NCBI RefSeq assembly: GCF_006345805.1 | Contig: NC_043005.1 | Coordinates: 66,340,001 to 66,404,000 of the forward strand | Length of the DNA: 64,000 nucleotides | Direction: 5' to 3' | From: Octopus sinensis | Lineage: Eukaryota | Part shown: piece after piece, positions 51,595 to 64,000 of the stretch | Layout of the letters: each line of letters opens with the position of its first letter | Numbering within the stretch: position 1 is the first letter of the stretch | The notes under the pieces: model-generated | What the model was told of the DNA's origin: nothing | What the model saw: only the letters and a program-made list of their open reading frames with translations | Database searches by the model: none | Program-made: the position numbers and the translations under genes

Positions 51595-51830
51595 TATTAG
51601 AGACAAAACCACTATTTGCAAAACAAACAAGGAAAGACTTAATCAATACATAAAATTTTAATAAATAGTCTATTTATTAAAATTTTATGTATTGATTAAG
51701 TCTTTCCTTGTTGTTTTGCAAAATAGTGGTTTTGTCTCTAATAATATTTTATAATATTTTACTATAAAATCGATTTAATCCTAAATCTGATTTTTTCCCT
51801 GTAAATTTGGATTTATTCCCTAATATTTAT

Positions 51831-51869
<39 letters not shown>

Positions 51870-52082
51870 TGTGTGTGAGCTTGTCTCCCCAACATTGCTT
51901 GATAACCGATGTTGGTGTGTTTACGTCCCCGTAGCCTAGCAGTTCGGCAAAAGAGACCGACAGAATATGTACTAGAATAAGTACTACAAAGAATAAGTCC
52001 TGAGGCGTCGATTTGCACGACCAAAGGCGGTGCTCCAGCATGGCCACAGCCAAATGACTGAAATAAATAAAAGGATAAAAAA
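51377..52082 (+). mobile_element. SINE family A with a 250-bp insert in its internal (TA)n
   Basis: Head at 51377, insert 51585-51835, 3' half 51865-52082. Confidence 0.85.
51585..51753. repeat. 169-bp near-perfect palindrome (84-bp arms, 1-nt centre)
   Basis: Centre at 51669 (AATAG-T-CTATT); only two 1-nt indels between the arms. Confidence 0.95.
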
Positions 52083-52477
52083 ATAACGATAGATATAAGT
52101 TATGTACCTTACTTGCTGATTAGCATATATATTTTTTCTCACTGCCTGTTTCAAATTTAGACTTATACTACTCCAAGGAATTGAAGTATTATAATCTAAA
52201 TAATTAGTATTCAATTAGTATTCAAGTAATTAATGACGTATTATAACATTTTAATCAACTGTATATCATGTCATTAACTTGACTAACGGAGAAAATTGTC
52301 AAATATTGAAGCAGAGATTGTTCCGCTTCGAGAGATCAAGTTCTCTTATTTTTGATATTCATACATATAAACAGATGCGTTGTATTAACATAGTATTCAT
52401 AACTTTTACTTGTCTTTACTTAGAATATGTCACTAGCATAAAGAAATTTACTTTTAATATTTACAACTTATTTAGAA

Positions 52478-52645
52478 CGGTGAGCAGGCAGAATTGTTAG
52501 CACGCCGGACAAAAATGTTTAGCGGCATTTCGTTTGTTTTACGTTCTGAGTTCAAATTCCGCCGAGGTCGACTTTGTGTTTCGTCCCTTCTGGTTCGATA
52601 AAATATGTACCATTTAAGCACTGAGGTTGTTGTAATCGACTTAGC
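52478..52645 (+). mobile_element. SINE family B, diverged
   Basis: GGCAGAATTGTTAGCACGCCGG...GAGTTCAAATTCCGCCGAGGTCGACTTTG. Confidence 0.8.
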
Positions 52646-53758
52646 GGATTTAGAAATCGGAAACTTTGTACCAATATTTGAAATCAATATTTAGAGCTTA
52701 TAAGGCAGTGAGCCGGTAGAATTTTTTTCACACCGGGCAAAATGCTTAGCGAGTTGAGCACTGCTAAATTTTGAAGCCAATATTAACAGCTCATTTTCAG
52801 ATAAAATGAAAGCCGCTATCTTTCAAGACTCGCTAATAAATCAGCAATAAATATGGACACGTTGATAGTTTCGGACCACGAGCAATCTTTAAGAATTCAT
52901 CGATATTTTTCTTATGAAATTCACTTTTTCACATGCACCATAATGATTTCCAAAATATCTGCCTTCTCACTGCCTGTACGTATTTAGACGGAATCAAATG
53001 AACTTTATATTAAGCAAACACCATGAGCAACCTTATGTAGAAAAGCTGAAGAAAAAAAATAGCAGAGAACAATTGATGAATTGCTATTTACGAATCCATA
53101 GTGAAAATTAATTAAATAATACAAATTATTAAATGATATGTGGTTAAATATTTTCTCTAATTAGGACATATATCTTAAGCGATATTGTCCCGACAACTGA
53201 GACTCAGGGGTACTTTAAACAGTGGATTATCAAGTGTATGAGAGACGATGTCATCAAATACAGTCAGTTTTGTTCTTCCTTTAGACACTTTCAGTGATTC
53301 GTTGACAAAAGTTAAACTAAATTTATAACTGTTCGGTTAACAAAAGTTGTCGACAACTTTTGTTTTAACAGACGAAAGTGCATTAAATTGAAGTTGGTTA
53401 GAGATTGTTCAAAGAACTTTATTGCAAATCATCTTTTTTTTCTATTTTATTTTATTTGTCAGAATCTAACAGAAACGAGATTTGATTAACGGTATCCACA
53501 ATATAATGCAGTTCGAATTTGTGGATGCCAGTAGTGAAACCTTGTGATTCTTAAACTGTAAAAAGAAATACATGTGTTTTTACAACGAAACACAATATCT
53601 GTATCAATAAAGAAACATAAGCTCAATGCAGGCAAATGAACAAACGTGATCTTAGTAAAAGGCCATGGCTTTAATTTCCCTCAACACAAATGACAGTGAC
53701 GTGGTATCTTTGTGAATAAGCATGTTAATACAAAACATGCGTAGATACACACATATAC

Positions 53759-53790
<32 letters not shown>

Positions 53791-54786
53791 CATACATACA
53801 TGGATACATACTTACATACATACATACATACACAAACACACATACAAGCACTCAAATACATACGAATGGTGTGTCTATATACCATGATAAGTGGTTTTGT
53901 GTTTGATGAGACGAAGAAGTTACCCTAATTCTGATGAGAGAGAAAGAGAAAGAGAAAAGAGAGAGAGAGCAGAAAAGTGAGAGAGAGAACGATAAAGAGG
54001 GAGAATTAACTTTTTTGGCATGGAAAATTTATCAGCTCACATTGCAAGAAAGCGTGTTCTATTGTCCATTGTAATAGATCCATTCCGTACCTTAGACAAC
54101 TTAGTTCTTTGGCAAATTTACCGCAGTTTTTCTTTCATTTATTTTTAGTTTTTGGATTAGATGTATTTCAAATTTTCTGCAAATACTTTAGCTACTCCAA
54201 AAAGAAAAAAAAAGAAATTCTATCCTACGAAGCGCTCTAGTAAGGTTGTTCCAACTTACAGATCCTCCAATTCTAGTGAAAAAAAAATAAAACAAAACAA
54301 TGTTTTAAAAATGTATTAAATATCGCTTAAATTATATTATAAGCAATTATTGAATTCTAAATCTAAAACTACATTTCATTGTTAGTTGTTGAGTTAGCGC
54401 TTAATTGATTGAACTATTATATTTTTATATATATCATTTAATACGCACATATTTTAAATTCGGGTTACTATTATTTTTCGGTTTGAGAGTTTGAATGATT
54501 GCCTGGAAATAGGTTATACAAGCTTGTGCAACCATCGTCTTTTCAGAGGCTTGAAACTAATAGCAGCTGTAATTTAAACCATGTGTATATTAAATGGTAT
54601 TTATCTCACGCTGGATGGAGAACATTTATGTTGATTCCATTCAAGTATATTTGTATGTATGTATGTATGCATGTATGTATGTATGTATGTATGTATGTAT
54701 TAATGTATGTATGTATGTATGTATGTATGTATGTATGTATGTATGTATACATAACTGTATGTGTGTGTGTGTGTGTGAATGTACGC

Positions 54787-54818
<32 letters not shown>

Positions 54819-57313
54819 CATACAATCATCATCAGCAATTACTTTTTTACACAATATATGTGCCACAAAACATGGTCGTTCAATGATCTCATCGATTTCC
54901 AACTGTTATGAGTAGTAAAAGCGACACGTCTTTTATTCACTTATAAATTCATTATTCTACTTCCATCTTCTAGAAAATTTCCTGAGTGCACTAATTTCTT
55001 CCGTCTCACTGATAGTAACAATATTTATTTTATGTTGGTACAACAACATTTATTCAGATGGATTGTGTAGACGTTTAAATATAAATAACAGTGAAAATGA
55101 TAATATCAATAATTATGATAAAAAAAACATTACTAATACTGTTTATAATTTATTTTAGAGGATATATTAACTTGTTGACAGCTAACTGGTTTACATGAAA
55201 TTATTCCGTCTCCATAAAGAAAATATCTTGTACCCTTACAAGGGCTGCTTAATCGATTCTATCCAATTCAAGAATCACATGAAGCAAATCACTTGATTTA
55301 TTCGTTGATTGATTGATTGTCGAAGGGAGATCTTTGAGAGGTAGCGTTCGCTTTCTGTGACCGTCAACACGAAGGTAAACAAAATGGAGACATGCAACTG
55401 CTTGCACAATCTCGTTCTATGGCATATCAAATATTGACAAAGATGGAAATAATATATGCAGTGGCAGTGGTGATATAGGAAATAATCTTAATAACGATGA
55501 GTTTGCTGAGGCAGGTATAGACAGCACTTATAATTATGATGGTACGACTACTGCCACTGTTCATTTCGCAATAAAAGCCATAGTTGTTTGAAGTATAGTG
55601 TGTAGTTTACGCATTTCTCAGTTAAAGAAGTTAAAAATACTGGATGGTGAAACCGTTGTGTAATCTCGATTTTCTGAAGATTACTTCTTTGTAGTCCGAT
55701 CTTGCTAATATCTGCTCCATATTTTATAGATTTATTGTTAAAAAATGCAATAAATGAAATCAAAAACAGTATCTACCTTTTGTATGACTCTATTGGGAAA
55801 TACAGGAACCGAAACATAACCTTCAATTAATCTATTTAATAAGAATAAAAATAGGCAATACACACAACAAGCTGCTGCCACTATGGATCTAGGATCCGGT
55901 TTTGTTTGCATCTTTCAAAACTGCGTAAATTTTGGTGACTTCTTATACATTGTACATGAGAATGAAGATTGTATAAGAGAGGAATACGAGACGACTCTGA
56001 GTTTCAGTGAAATGCAAGTTACAAGTGTTTTATTTTGATATGTGCAAGAATCTTTTCAAACTAAATATTTTTCCTGCGTTTGTATGTATTCTAAATTGCT
56101 TGTAGAAACACATCCTAATCGCCGTTTTATATTGAACCAATTAAGAAAGTATATAGGCAAGAAATACAATAATCCAATGCTTTGTGCTAGTTCCATGTCT
56201 TCTATATTTTCTACGTGTATGTCGATATATAGTGAGAGTTAGTAGCTACATATCAGCTCATTTTATAGTTTATATGAGAAAATGACAGGCGTAAGTAAAA
56301 TCATTTTATCAATCGAGGTTAGCTTGATTAGTTTACTGTGAACTGAAAATGATTAGAAAAGCAATTCACATTTGAATTCGTTTCCAGAGATTTGCTATTT
56401 ACCATATCGCAAATTTATATTGGTGCAGTTACGCAGACTAGCTTTAAAAATAAATTGACAGTAAATCCTGCTGTATCAGTTTACCGCATTAGCTGAATTA
56501 TACTGCGGCTGTATGAGGTGCAAAATGTGAGGATCTAGGATGTCCAATAGTAAATGATGTTTATGCAGTGGGAAAGAAGAAGGCAAGTGAAAATTTAATG
56601 TAAAAATGTGAGATAGAATATTGCTTTTAAAGCTCACTTCAATTAATCTAGAGAACTCATACACGGAAACCTCTGTTATCATTTCATCAGAACGCATTTA
56701 TAGGTTTCAATTTCGAGACAAATTGAATCGATGTCCTTCATAACTTTTGGGTTTCAGTTTGCAGATGAAAATCGAGACTAAAGAAAATGGCGACAACGAA
56801 AACAAATGCCTTAACTTTTATAGGCTGAATATTTGTTATTGACATGTTCAACTGGCTGCCATCTTGTTTGTTATTGATGTGTTTATAGGAGAGCTATTTT
56901 GTTTGTTATTGAAGAGTTCATATGATGGCCACCTTGATATTTTATGAATATCTTCACATAGCAGATTAGTTGGCGGCTTTCACTAAGTGTACGTTCTTTA
57001 CCTCAGAAAATACTTTTTGTATTTGGTAAGTATAACATACACACACAAGCACACACACGCACGCACGCACACACACTCGCGCACACACACGCACACACAT
57101 GCACGCGCACACACACAAACATACATACGTACGTCACACGCACTTTCTCTGTCTGTTTGTTATATATTATATATGTCTGCTTGTATAGTGTGTGTGTGTA
57201 TGTATATATTTATGTATGTATGCATTTATATATATATATATATATATATTCATATATATTTATTTATATATATTGTGAAAACACACACACACAAACACAC
57301 AAACACGCACACA

Positions 57314-57365
<52 letters not shown>

Positions 57366-57528
57366 GATGAGAAAGTCAGTTTGTGAAAGCACGTGGTTGA
57401 ATATATAGAAAATAGTAAAAAGTGAAAAGACTACAGAAGGCTTGTTATAAAAGGTTAAAAAATATATATTTGAGTCAATATGTCTGAAAAATATTATAAA
57501 TTTTTTTCCTTACAATGGCATAGTTTAG

Positions 57529-57568
57529 AAGAAATGACCGGTGTCGCGTTTAGCTTTTCAAATTTCTT
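57529..57568 (-). ncRNA. Minimal type I hammerhead with U3-A8 compensatory core
   Basis: AAGAAAU | UUGAAAA | GC-UAAAC-GC | GACAC | CG | GUC | AUUUCUU: 7-bp stem I, palindromic ACCGGU stem III, A14C change. Confidence 0.65.
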
Positions 57569-57677
57569 ACGTAGTTATGTTTATGTTGAGGAGAGTTATC
57601 GCTATGTTTATGTTGAAGAGAGTTCTAGATAAGGGGAGGTAATAAGTGATTTCTTCCGGTGTAAGGGAGATAATCGC

Positions 57678-58181
57678 TTAACATTTTTTGCCTTTCCTTT
57701 GGGGTGAATTTCTCTGTATAAGTATGTTGGAATGGTTAAGTCTGGGCTTGTACTTTTCAATGAAGAATGTTTCCTTGTTTAGTCTAATTTGTGTTGGTGT
57801 TCCGATAGCACATTGGTAAAATGGAAAAATTAAAAATTGTGGTAGTAGTTGCTTTGCGCATTTCTCAATGTGCTCACTAAAAGGTATCATTCTGTATTCT
57901 GGGAATGCAATCTGTTGTCGATGCAGTGTGCATCTACGTCTGAGTGATAGTCCCGTGGATCCCACGTAGTCTTGGTGGCAGCCCGAGCATTTTATGACAT
58001 AAATTATGTTTTCAGAGGCACAAGTAAAATTAGATTTGATCTTGAATTTCTGTCCCTCTTTGAAGAGGAATTCTGATCCTTCTAGCAGGTTTGGACATGT
58101 TGCACAGTTCGGTCTACCACATTTTTTTACTTTTGCATCCGTAATTTCAGAATACAGAATGATACCTTTTAGTGAGCACAT
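57678..58181 (-). pseudogene. PLE GIY-YIG endonuclease fragment
   Basis: CGRPNCATCP...FTCASENIIYVIKCSGCHQDYVGSTGLSLRRRCTLH...E.FFI.KY.P.LN: IIY/YVG, CxxC motifs, catalytic R/H and E. Confidence 0.9.
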
Positions 58182-59316
58182 TGAGAAATGCGCAAAGAAA
58201 CTACTACCACAATTTTTAATCTTTCCATTTTACCAATGTGCTATCGGAACACCAACACAAATTAGACTAAACAAGGAAACATTCTTCATTGAAAAGTACA
58301 ATGTCTCAAACATTTCTGAGCTGAGCATACCAACAATAAAATGAATATTCTCTGAATATAAATATACTATGTGCCATTATATTATAATACTATTTGCCTT
58401 GAACATAAATTTAATATATACAGTACTAATATACTATTATGATAATTATTTACTTTGAACTTAATTATTCTTGATTCTAATATAGTATTAATATATAATT
58501 ATGTATATAACTCAAAATCCTGACGTGCTACAGCATTTCGGAATCAGTGTACTCGATTTAGTTTAGTACGACACCATTTGTCAGGGTAGCAGGCAATAAA
58601 TCTTTTTTTGTTGCCCAGTGTTATTCTATAAATTCAATATTAATGATATTCTTAATACTATCTCGAAAAATTAAAATAAAGTATATAATTTAATACTCAA
58701 ACTTTATTAAGAGTCTCATTAAAATTAATCCAAATGTCTACACCTACAAAGAGAGTACATTATAATAGTTTATTAAATGACCGAAATTGCATTAAATGAT
58801 CAAAGTTGGCAGCTACTTTCGATAGTTTCGAATGTTTAGATTACGAATCATTTTGGTAATCAAGCAGATATTAATATAGTTAAAAGCTTCCTTTAGGATA
58901 ACTATCTTTCTGGGTTGATTCATTGTAGACTGCGGACTTCAGAGGACCTTAAGAAAAAATCTAAAAGTTTCAGGTTTGGATAACTAAGTGATCGTTTAAC
59001 CAAACTTCGTTTCCCACATTACATTCCTGGTTATTTTTTATCCAAATAATCACACACCTTGATAATAAAAGTGCAATCTGCGTCTTTCGAACCAAGGAAT
59101 ATCATCAAAGTTAGAGATAGTAACTTACGGATATATTAATCTCTTCTTATCAAAAATGTAGATCTATAAATGATTCACTAAAATACCCTTACCCAAATCC
59201 TAATAATTTTATCAGAAGTATATTCATAAAGGTAAATTATTTATTGAACTCAGACATTTACTGAAATCTTTCTATCTTCCAACCTTCTTCCGCCTCTCTT
59301 TCTTTCTCTCTCTCTC

Positions 59317-59361
<45 letters not shown>

Positions 59362-60099
59362 ATATACATCACACACACTCGCATACACACATACACGAGA
59401 TGTATGTACGAAAATAACTCAGTGTAGACGAGTGGGTCCCAAACAAGTAATGCTGATATAATTTGTCTGTTTCTGAGTAAATGTAAATAACTATTGCTTA
59501 TTCAGCATTTAAGAGATCTAAATTTGATTTATTTAGATAATTTTTTTTGCTCCATTTTCCCTTTTCAATAAAGAACTCGTATGTAACTTGTATACCTCTT
59601 GCTGAAAATGGGCGAAAATTGTTTTCCTTCTCGAAATGAAACGTTTACAGAACAAAATTTTGTAAGTCCGGATTCTCACAGAAAATATTTATTGCTTTTC
59701 TTACATTTTCGCTAATCGTCTCCGTGTACATTTGGAGCCATTGTGCATTTGAAGTAGATACATAACATATTGGCCATTCATAGTTTTATCAAATAGGTGC
59801 AACCTCCCGAAGATAAGTGTTGCAAAATATGTCATTTTTTCTTGCAGTGTTCTGCCTAAACTGCAAGGGAGTTTACAAATAACACTAGCTGCATTTCCCA
59901 TGCGGGTGAAGTACAAAATCGTTTTCGAAATTTAAGCAACCACATATCTCAGCACACTCCTAGTTCAAATAAATGTAGATGGTCTTACCAAACATGCAAA
60001 TAATATATATTTAAGATAGTCTTTCATAAATAAATACGGTATATGTGTGTACGTATGTATGCATGCATGTACGTATGTATACCTAACTTCCTACCTGCC

Positions 60100-60261
<162 letters not shown>

Positions 60262-63200
60262 GCACAGGCACCAATACATTTACATTTGTCAACAAGCTTG
60301 TTCCCTTACATATTTATTCAAATTCCATATGTTGAAGCAATCATTTCTCTCTTATTTAGTTTTCTCAATAATGCAAGCCTTTTGAATCGCTTTCGTAAAT
60401 ATGATTACATTGCCTCAGTTTGCGCTCTGCACTTTCTCTATATCTCTGTTCAATGCACGGTACTCACTAGGAAAGAACAATTTTTCATTTTTATTTTCTT
60501 CGTTTCTCTTCCATTTCATTCCTAATTTATCGTGTTAAGTATTACGAGAGCATAAAAAACGATCGGTGATAACAGTTCTACCTTAAGCGCGTTACTTAGT
60601 TCTTGTTTAGCTCCTGCTAACACTGTAAAGAAAATAGATTTTCTTTTTGCATCTTTGTAGTGTTAAGTAAATAATATTTAAATAAATCAGTATAAAATAT
60701 TAGTCTTATTGCTGAGTCTCACACGCTTTTTTTTTTTTTTGTTCAACGTAGTTTTTCCCTGAACGATATAAAACTATTTATCAAGAAAAAAAATTAAATC
60801 AGTAGGTAGATTTATGTTGCATTTTTCTTTTTGCTCTTTTTTTTTCGCCTTGATTCGGAAAATAGCCAGAATTCTCTAAAGAACTAAGTTGCAAAAGATC
60901 CGGGGTGGGGTGAGATTTAAATTTACAAATACTTCATAATTTGCACTTATTACTTCAAAGCAGAACTCCAATTTGAATTATCTCGCATTGTAATGTGTTT
61001 GTTGATTAAAATAAAATTCGTTAAAAATCTAGAAGTGTCATTGATTGAAACCCAAACCGTTAGGAGTTGCTTTATAAGATTTTTGGATAACCTGTTGCAA
61101 TTACGTATTAGAAGTATATCACTCATTGTATGTTCGGATATATTATTTCTATTTCATGAATTCTATCAGTAAACATTAAATTCAGTCGAAATATTTTCTG
61201 TTTATCGTATTTACTTGGTTTTGTGAGTTGGCGTATGTCTTTAGTTTAAGCAAAATTTAAAATTCATTGAAGTGTCGGCCCGATATTTAAGAGAAATAAA
61301 TCGACAAGTTCATTAAATAACGAAATAATCTTTTCTTTTTTTTAATAATAATATTAAGCAAAATGAGGTTTATCTTCGATCTGTTCAGTTGCACCAATAA
61401 AAGCAGTGATAATATCATTGAAGTAATGTTGGCGTGGCTTTTGAGATATTATCTCTCCATACTTCTATTAATATTTCATTAATGATATTTTCAGCATATA
61501 AGAAATTTTCGTCTCCCTTGGCATCACAATCATCACTAGATCTGATATTCTCAAGCTTGCTGTCAACATCTATAAAAGCTCGTTTCCTTGATTTAGCGGA
61601 CGACATTATAAAACGTTAAGTGGGTGGTAGAGCATCTGATCAAATATCTTGTAATACTGTGCTAAACGTTCCTAAACGTTCCGAGTTTAAATGCTGACTG
61701 TCAATTTCGAAAGGATAACATAAGGATCTATCAATAAAATACACACTAGAGAATGATGTGATTCGTTATAAAGCGGTGCCCTGCACAACTAAATAACTTA
61801 AATACATTTGAAATATTCTTTGACTGGTTCAAATGCACCATTGAAGGTTAAACGTATATTCCCTATGATGGCTGTCTCGTGTGAGCCCTGTCAAGATATC
61901 TTTAATCAAACACGGCCATATTTAACGAGCTGGATTTAGACACCCAGGGATAATAGTTTTGTATAAATGTTTGTAGTTAAGGGACGTGTGAATTTATCAA
62001 TCATTCTGCGCATTCTGACACAATATACTTTATAGTATTTAAAATGGGTTTCTTAAAGATAATTATGTTTATCACAATTTTGCAAAATGATGTGAGCGTA
62101 GAAATTTCAAATCAATTTTCAGTCAAATCCAATTTTCTCTGTACTGCTTCTCTATACTGTCTCACCCTATAAGAAAATTGATGTTGTTCACTCCATTGAA
62201 GCAAGATGATTCATGTCAGTTCCAATGAGAAAGCCTCATAGTGTTAACTTATCCTGCTAGAAATAGCAACTAAATATGCATATGCTGCTGGGCAAGAGAC
62301 AGTATAGCTATGTATAGAAAGTATTTGAACATTGGTTTGCTTGATAAATGTTGACGAGGATATGAATAATTATAGCAATCCCTCTGTCAGGATAGTCAGG
62401 AATACTGCCTCACTTCATCCGATAAATTTTTCCAAACATCCAAAGAAAAGAGTAAACATTTATAGATTGCATATACTTCATTTATTAAGTATCATAGTTA
62501 TAAAATTCCTTGAATATATAAATGTTTATCACTTGGAGAATATGAAGATACCCATAAAATGGATTACGATGTAGTCAGGCTATGAAACTTGTTCCAAAAT
62601 GTCTTGTCCAATAAATATCTAAGCTACTGACACAAGATGTTGTTATTACAGTTATAAATCTTCAAAGTATTTAGTTTTTACTTCTGTACTACTTTTCCAT
62701 TCTTTTTACGTATGTAAGCCAGAAAGGCTTGGTTGATAAATCCTTTCCTACTCTTAATTTAGAAATGAAGGCCCTTGCTTCAGATCCAGCTCGGTGCTAC
62801 ACGACTTATCGTCAGACATATACAACTGGGATGGATTTGAACGACGGATCTTTCATTTCTTCGTAATCGACTAATCTCATTTAGAGTTAAATACTTGACT
62901 ATTTAACAAACGGTTCTGCTTCAGCGCAATTCACAGGCTGAATCAGTGTGACAATGCATAACAGACCGAATATGGTAACCGTTTCAATTCCAGAAAAAGG
63001 ACGGACTTCCATACGTGTTCCGTCCATGAAATTTTGCCCACAGAAGCTGGAATGACACGCTGTTCTTGTAAAAAGCATCTACCCAATGTGCCACACAGTG
63101 GAATCGAACCCGGAACTATTGATAGTAAAGTGGTCTTCATATTCATGGGACCAACCTACGTCTGTTATTTTCCATATACCCGGGAAGAAGATACATGGTA

Positions 63201-63829
63201 TCGTGACTGGAGATCGTATTAACGAAATGTAGTGTAGATGTAAACAAGGAAAATATTTCGTCTCTAACAATGACGTTAATTAAAACTGTACCGTTCAGCT
63301 TCAGTCATCTATTTTTACAATCATTCTTTTTAACTATGCACACAAATAAGGAGAAAATGAGAAATATTGTTTGAATAGTTTTACATTTATATGACTGACA
63401 CAGAGCCAAGGAACAAGTGTTGGGGCGGAGGTGATCCGATACGCTAATAAAAGAAACCAAATAGGTGCAATATGAAGACAGACGCGAAAATAATTCTCTT
63501 TGAATTGGTTCATAATAATTCATAATAATTCATTCATTGATTCTTAATGTGTGATATCATTACTTAATTTATCGATTCTGGGGAATTAAATATCAAAATT
63601 AAGAATCTAAGGATATGAATCCGGAATCTACAGTCATTTAAAAACTGCGATTTTATAGTTTTATTTTTAATAGATATAGAATTCCTTAGAAAGGAACCGA
63701 TTCTTAATGGAGAGGAAATGCACACAATTTTTGGCAAGTAAAGCTCTATAAACATGTAATTGCAAAAGAATTAATGATAATATATTCAAGAAACACATGT
63801 CTCTAGGAATAAGAAATATTCTTTTCTAC

Positions 63830-64000
63830 TCAAGGCACAAGGCCCGAAATTTTTGGCGAGGGGGACAGTCGATTAGATCGGCCGTAGTACGCATCTGGTA
63901 CTTAATTTATCGACCCCGAAAGGATGTAAGGCAAAGTCGACGTCGGCGGAATTTGAACTCAGAACTTAAAGACATACAAAACGCCCTCTAAACATTTCGT
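63830..64000 (-). mobile_element. SINE family B (B2), cut by the window end
   Basis: GGCACAAGGCCCGAAATTTTTGG tail; ATCGACCCCGAAAGGATG-AAGGCAAAGTCGAC core. Confidence 0.85.

Larger units (their letters stand above)
57367..58301 (-). mobile_element. 5'-truncated Penelope-like element 3' end: GIY-YIG, UTR with hammerhead, and inverted partial repeat
   Basis: ORF 57678-58181, hammerhead 57529-57568, 154-bp inverted repeat 57748-57901 / 58148-58301 (2 mismatches), (CA)/(TA)n at the 3' end. Confidence 0.9.

Noticed and set aside
56780-56940. YY1-like motifs (AAAATGGCG, GCCATCTTG) as a promoter
   Set aside because: Short motifs with no linked exon or CpG-rich context; expected by chance or TE-derived.
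59701-59916. 71-aa ORF as a coding exon
   Set aside because: No recognisable homology or convincing splice sites.
61415-61606. 63-aa acidic ORF resembling a piggyBac-like N-terminus
   Set aside because: Compositional resemblance only; no downstream DDD domain or TIRs.

Overview
AT-rich, repeat-dominated eukaryotic non-coding DNA. It is very probably octopus or another coleoid cephalopod; this is inferred from the tRNA-derived SINE families and the (TA)n/(CA)n/(CATA)n microsatellite load. No intact host protein-coding gene or convincing exon was found, and almost all ORF-track entries are microsatellite read-through. One intact tRNA-Gly(GCC) gene lies at 41078-41148 (-). The rest is transposon relics: four pieces of an RLE-type (R4/Dong-like) LINE clustered at 16.3-23.5 kb, two clear Penelope-like element (PLE) relics plus a doubtful third, a mariner transposase fragment, Tc2-like, mariner and hAT MITEs, and about 30 SINE copies from several modular families. 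Four things stand out. (1) At least seven minimal type I hammerhead-ribozyme motifs from 3-4 families show stem covariation; most sit about 100 nt before a (TA)n tract, and one lies directly downstream of a PLE GIY-YIG ORF. (2) The RLE LINE appears to end in, and insert into, (CATA)n tetranucleotide tracts, forming head-to-tail chains. (3) Several fold-back structures are present, one joining a tRNA-like head to half a hammerhead. (4) A SINE trimer sits within one TSD, and there is a partial HDV-like ribozyme candidate. All alignments and folds were done by eye; novelty cannot be established without Dfam/Repbase/Rfam searches.
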